A stretch of 64,000 nt of DNA from Octopus sinensis (Eukaryota). The stretch is taken from contig NC_042998.1 in the NCBI RefSeq assembly GCF_006345805.1, positions 22,568,001-22,632,000 on the forward strand. Reading direction: 5' to 3'. Positions 60,675 to 64,000 of the stretch are shown here, piece by piece (position 1 is the first letter of the stretch; each line of letters opens with the position of its first letter). The position numbers and the translations under genes are program-made. A model generated the notes under the pieces. It did not search any database. It saw nothing but the letters and a program-made list of their open reading frames with translations, and was not told where the DNA came from.

Positions 60675-61070
60675 TGTTAGTTAGTTAGTTAATTTTTTGA
60701 CTCAAAAAGCAAGGCTATGTAGGGGGACATGGAGTTATGTACAGGATGGTGTTCATGTAAAGAGTTCAGGCCACTTGTGGTCAAGGGAGACTTTGAACCG
60801 AGAGGTCGTCAGCATCTTCACTATCTCGTCCGGCAGCTTATTCCACGGATCCGCTACCCGGACGGAGAAAGCCCCTCTCCTTCGATTGAGATGAGATCGT
60901 CCCAGATAGAGCTTTTCGGAGTGACCCTGCAGCCGACGCTCTGGAGCAGGAGTGAAGAACAGGAATGCTATATGGCCTTGGTTGGACAAAACTAAAAAAA
61001 GTTTCAATTTTTGGTTGAGGTAATTTCGAATCACTTGTCCTGGGAGCATCATAACCTAAGATTTCCAGAT
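60675..61070 (-). mobile_element. CR1/L2-group LINE 3' fragment with (TAAC)n tail
   Basis: RLQGHSEKLYLGRSHLNRRRGAFSVRVADPWNKLPDEIV..FKVSLD, then short UTR and AACTAACTAACTAAC. Confidence 0.78.
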
Positions 61071-61234
61071 TTGTTACAGTATACCCGTGTTTAGCCGAAA
61101 AAAATTCGTTAGCAACTTTCGTTTGATTGAGAGTGGTGGAGATGGCTGAGTGACTGGAGGGACGACATAAATGTATAAGGAAATTGTGGCTAACGTGTTT
61201 AATATAGTGAGTGAGCCAAGAAATTTTTTATTAA

Positions 61235-61632
61235 GTGTGGTAAGTAGCTTGCTTACCAACCACATGGTTCCGGGTTCATTCCCACTGCGTGGCACCTTGG
61301 GCAAGTGTCTTTTGCTATAGCCTCGGGTCGACCAAAACCTGGTGAGTGGATTTGGTAGATGGAAACTGAAAGAAGCCCATTGTATATATGTATGTATATA
61401 TATATATGTACGTCTGTATGTGTTTGTGTGTCTGTGATTGTCCACCCAACATCGCTTGACAACCGATGCTGGTATGTTTACATCCCCGTAACTTAGCGAT
61501 TTGGCAAAAGAGACTGATAGAATAAGTACTAGGCTTCCAAAGAATAAGTCCTGGGGTTGATTTGCTCGACTAAAGGTGGTGCTCCAGCATGGCCGCAGTC
61601 AAATGACTGAAGCAAGTAAAAGAGTAAAAGAG
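61235..61632 (+). mobile_element. SINE family A
   Basis: Matches 33987-34392. Confidence 0.87.
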
Positions 61633-62212
61633 TATATAGTGTGAAGGGAAAAAATCCCGTTAGTTTAATGATTAATTTTGTTCTTTTTTTTTTAAATAAA
61701 GCAAGGGAGACAACTCCAAAATTTAAGTTAATTAAAAATATTGACTGAGTGTTTGTTTCATTACTAATTGTGCCACCTGAGGTGACTTTGTTATTCATCT
61801 GTTCATATAATAGTAGCAGTAACAAACCGATAAAGTGTGACCGCTTGATCTGATTGAAATATCTGACAAACCTTCCTCACATCTCACTCTACCATCTTAA
61901 GGACAGGATATATTTGATACTCTAATCCTACACACCCCTAAAAGACAGGATAACCATGGCTAGAATACTTTGATTCTAGGTCTGTTTGTTTATGGTAACC
62001 TATGCTTAATAATGTCAGTAATATACTAAAATCTGTTCAACTAATCAAATTCTACAAACTTATGTTGTGTTTTGAGTAAAAAAAAAAAAATAATAAAAAC
62101 AACAGAAAGTCTATATATTTGATGTCTAAGGAAATGGAAATAGATAAGATGATAGAACAACAAATGTTAACTCTAGGATTCAGATTAGTGTCAAATGTAA
62201 TTATTCATTAGA

Positions 62213-62605
62213 AGTGACTGTGTGGTAAGTAACTTGCTTACGAACCACTCGGTTCTGGGTTCAGTCCCACCGCGTGGCACCTTGGGCAAGTGTCTTCTAC
62301 TATAGCCTTGGGCCGACCAAAGCCTTGTGAGTGGATTTGGTAGGGGGAAACTGAAAGAAGCCCGTCGTATATATGCACATATATATATATTTGTGTGTGT
62401 GTGTGTTTGTCTCTCCAACATTGCTTAACAACCAATGCTGGTGTGTTTATGCCCTCATAACTTAGCAGTTCGGTAAAAGAGACTGATAGAATAAGTACTA
62501 GGCTTACAAAGAATAAGTGCTGGGGTAGATTTATTTGACTAAAGGCGGTGCTCCAGCATGGTCACAGTCAAATGACTGAAGCAAGTAAAAGAGTAAAAAG
62601 AGAGT
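62213..62605 (+). mobile_element. SINE family A
   Basis: Matches 33987-34392; an isolated tail also lies at ~63760-63810. Confidence 0.87.
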
Positions 62606-62711
62606 ACTATTTTGAATTAATCATACATTACATAGTTTTGAGATTTCGATGGTTTGGGGATTTAGTTTCAGAATGACATTGTAGGTTAGGCATGAGAGGC
62701 TGGATCTAGCC

Positions 62712-63252
62712 AGTTTGAATACCCCTTCAATCCCACCAAATTGAAAGCATAACCTTTGGGTGAAGTCCTGCTCTGGACGTTGTTTGTGGTGCCTTGCTGT
62801 GCTTCCCCCATGATTGTTTACACTTCTCAACATCATAGATGATCCACTATTCATCCCCTGTCACCATTCGCATTTCTGCAACAAATCACGGATGGAAATC
62901 TGTTGTTTGAGGTTAGCCTCATTCAACTGATGTGAGACCCAAACATCAAACCTACTGACGCAATCAAGTTGATGCAGATGGTTTTCAACACTTGGTTTGA
63001 ATATTTGGAGAATGCCTGAATCATTTTATTTTGTTGCTGTTAAATCTTACAGGGGTGGCCAGAGTGAGGTGCATTTTGAACCAAAAGATTCCCTGATTAA
63101 AATCTTGAAAACCACTTTTGGCACACACATTCTGTAACATCATCCTTTCCATACACAGCATACAGACTTTTCTCATGCTTTCTTCCTTTTTCACAATTAA
63201 AAATAAAACAAAAAAAAATGAAGTGTTGATAATGTTTGCTTTGGCTCTCCAT
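62712..63252 (-). pseudogene. Old mariner transposase relic, different family from 55050-56296
   Basis: Hand translation: CQKWFSRF, APHSGHP, FDVWVSHQLNE, MVTGDE*WIIY, AGLHPKVMLSIWWD. Confidence 0.75.
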
Positions 63253-64000
63253 TTTCAGAGTGATCCCAAGCACATAGAATACAGCTCTGTCTTGTCACAA
63301 ATTTGTGTCAAATTACATTGAAGTGTCAAGTATGCACATGCACAAGTGACCATTCATTACTTCACCCTCTACTTATCAGAGTGCTTGAAATTTAGTGTTG
63401 AAAAAATCTGAAAAGACTTTTTGGCCCATGCAATAGTAGAGTCAACTTTAGCCCTGTCCTATGAAAATTGGCCTTGAGTCAATGAGGTAACTTTTATATT
63501 ACAGCCCCTACAAATGACACTCAATCATCTTAACAAAAACAGACCGGTTCATAGGATAATGTAGTCCTTGATATACTATGCCTGAAAATGAGATGAAATT
63601 ATCATCACTAGGTCACTTGTCATGACAGGTCTTCCTGTTCAGAGCTGATCTGGAGTTGAACACCCACAAAACCACTCTTGTTTTTAGTAAAATATATTTA
63701 TTATTATGTAAGAAGATAGAATTTTAAATATCTTACTTATCGACTTTCTCGACTGAAAAAGGCAGTGCTCCAGCATGGCCACAGTCAAATGACTGAAACG
63801 AGTAAGAGCGTAAAGAGACTGTCTGACCAAATGTGTGCAGCATTCTGTGATTGTCTCACTGATCCTCACACTGCCAAACACTGCCTGTATCTTCTAAAGT
63901 ATTTCTTATTTTGGGTCAAAGATGATTTACGTGTTGCTCAAACATGTAGCAGCTCTGATGGTGTCATAGGTATGCTTGAGCAGAAAAGACAGAAGACTGT

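Overview
This is a eukaryotic, repeat-saturated window with no recognisable host protein-coding exon. The SINE families and the load of (TA)n/(TACA)n/(AAT)n microsatellites look to me like an octopus genome, which is recognition from memory and not a database result. 349-10935 holds two full-length, head-to-tail copies of a Tx1/L1-group non-LTR retrotransposon on the minus strand (ORF1 with a CCHC knuckle; ORF2 with APE, RT and CCHC). Three identical 17-bp target-site duplications bracket them. The insertion splits a hairpin inside a ~470-bp tandem repeat, and an empty copy of that site lies at 11617-11689. The rest is nested TE material: a Helitron RepHel relic, two near-complete CR1-group ORF2s (one split by a mariner), R4/Dong-type pieces bordered by (AAT)n, an RTE relic, four tRNA-derived SINE families and Penelope-type repeats with hammerhead ribozyme motifs. 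It also contains an AT-rich palindromic satellite that appears to have been inserted at three sites. Best leads: (1) a site-specific Tx1 element with an unidentified hairpin target, (2) an inverted pair of minimal hammerheads, (3) the mobile A4T4 satellite, (4) a covarying 3' stem-loop shared by a SINE and CR1 LINEs. Assembly quality is a real limit: there are many 1-bp indels, one 100-N gap and two abrupt inversions that may be artefacts.
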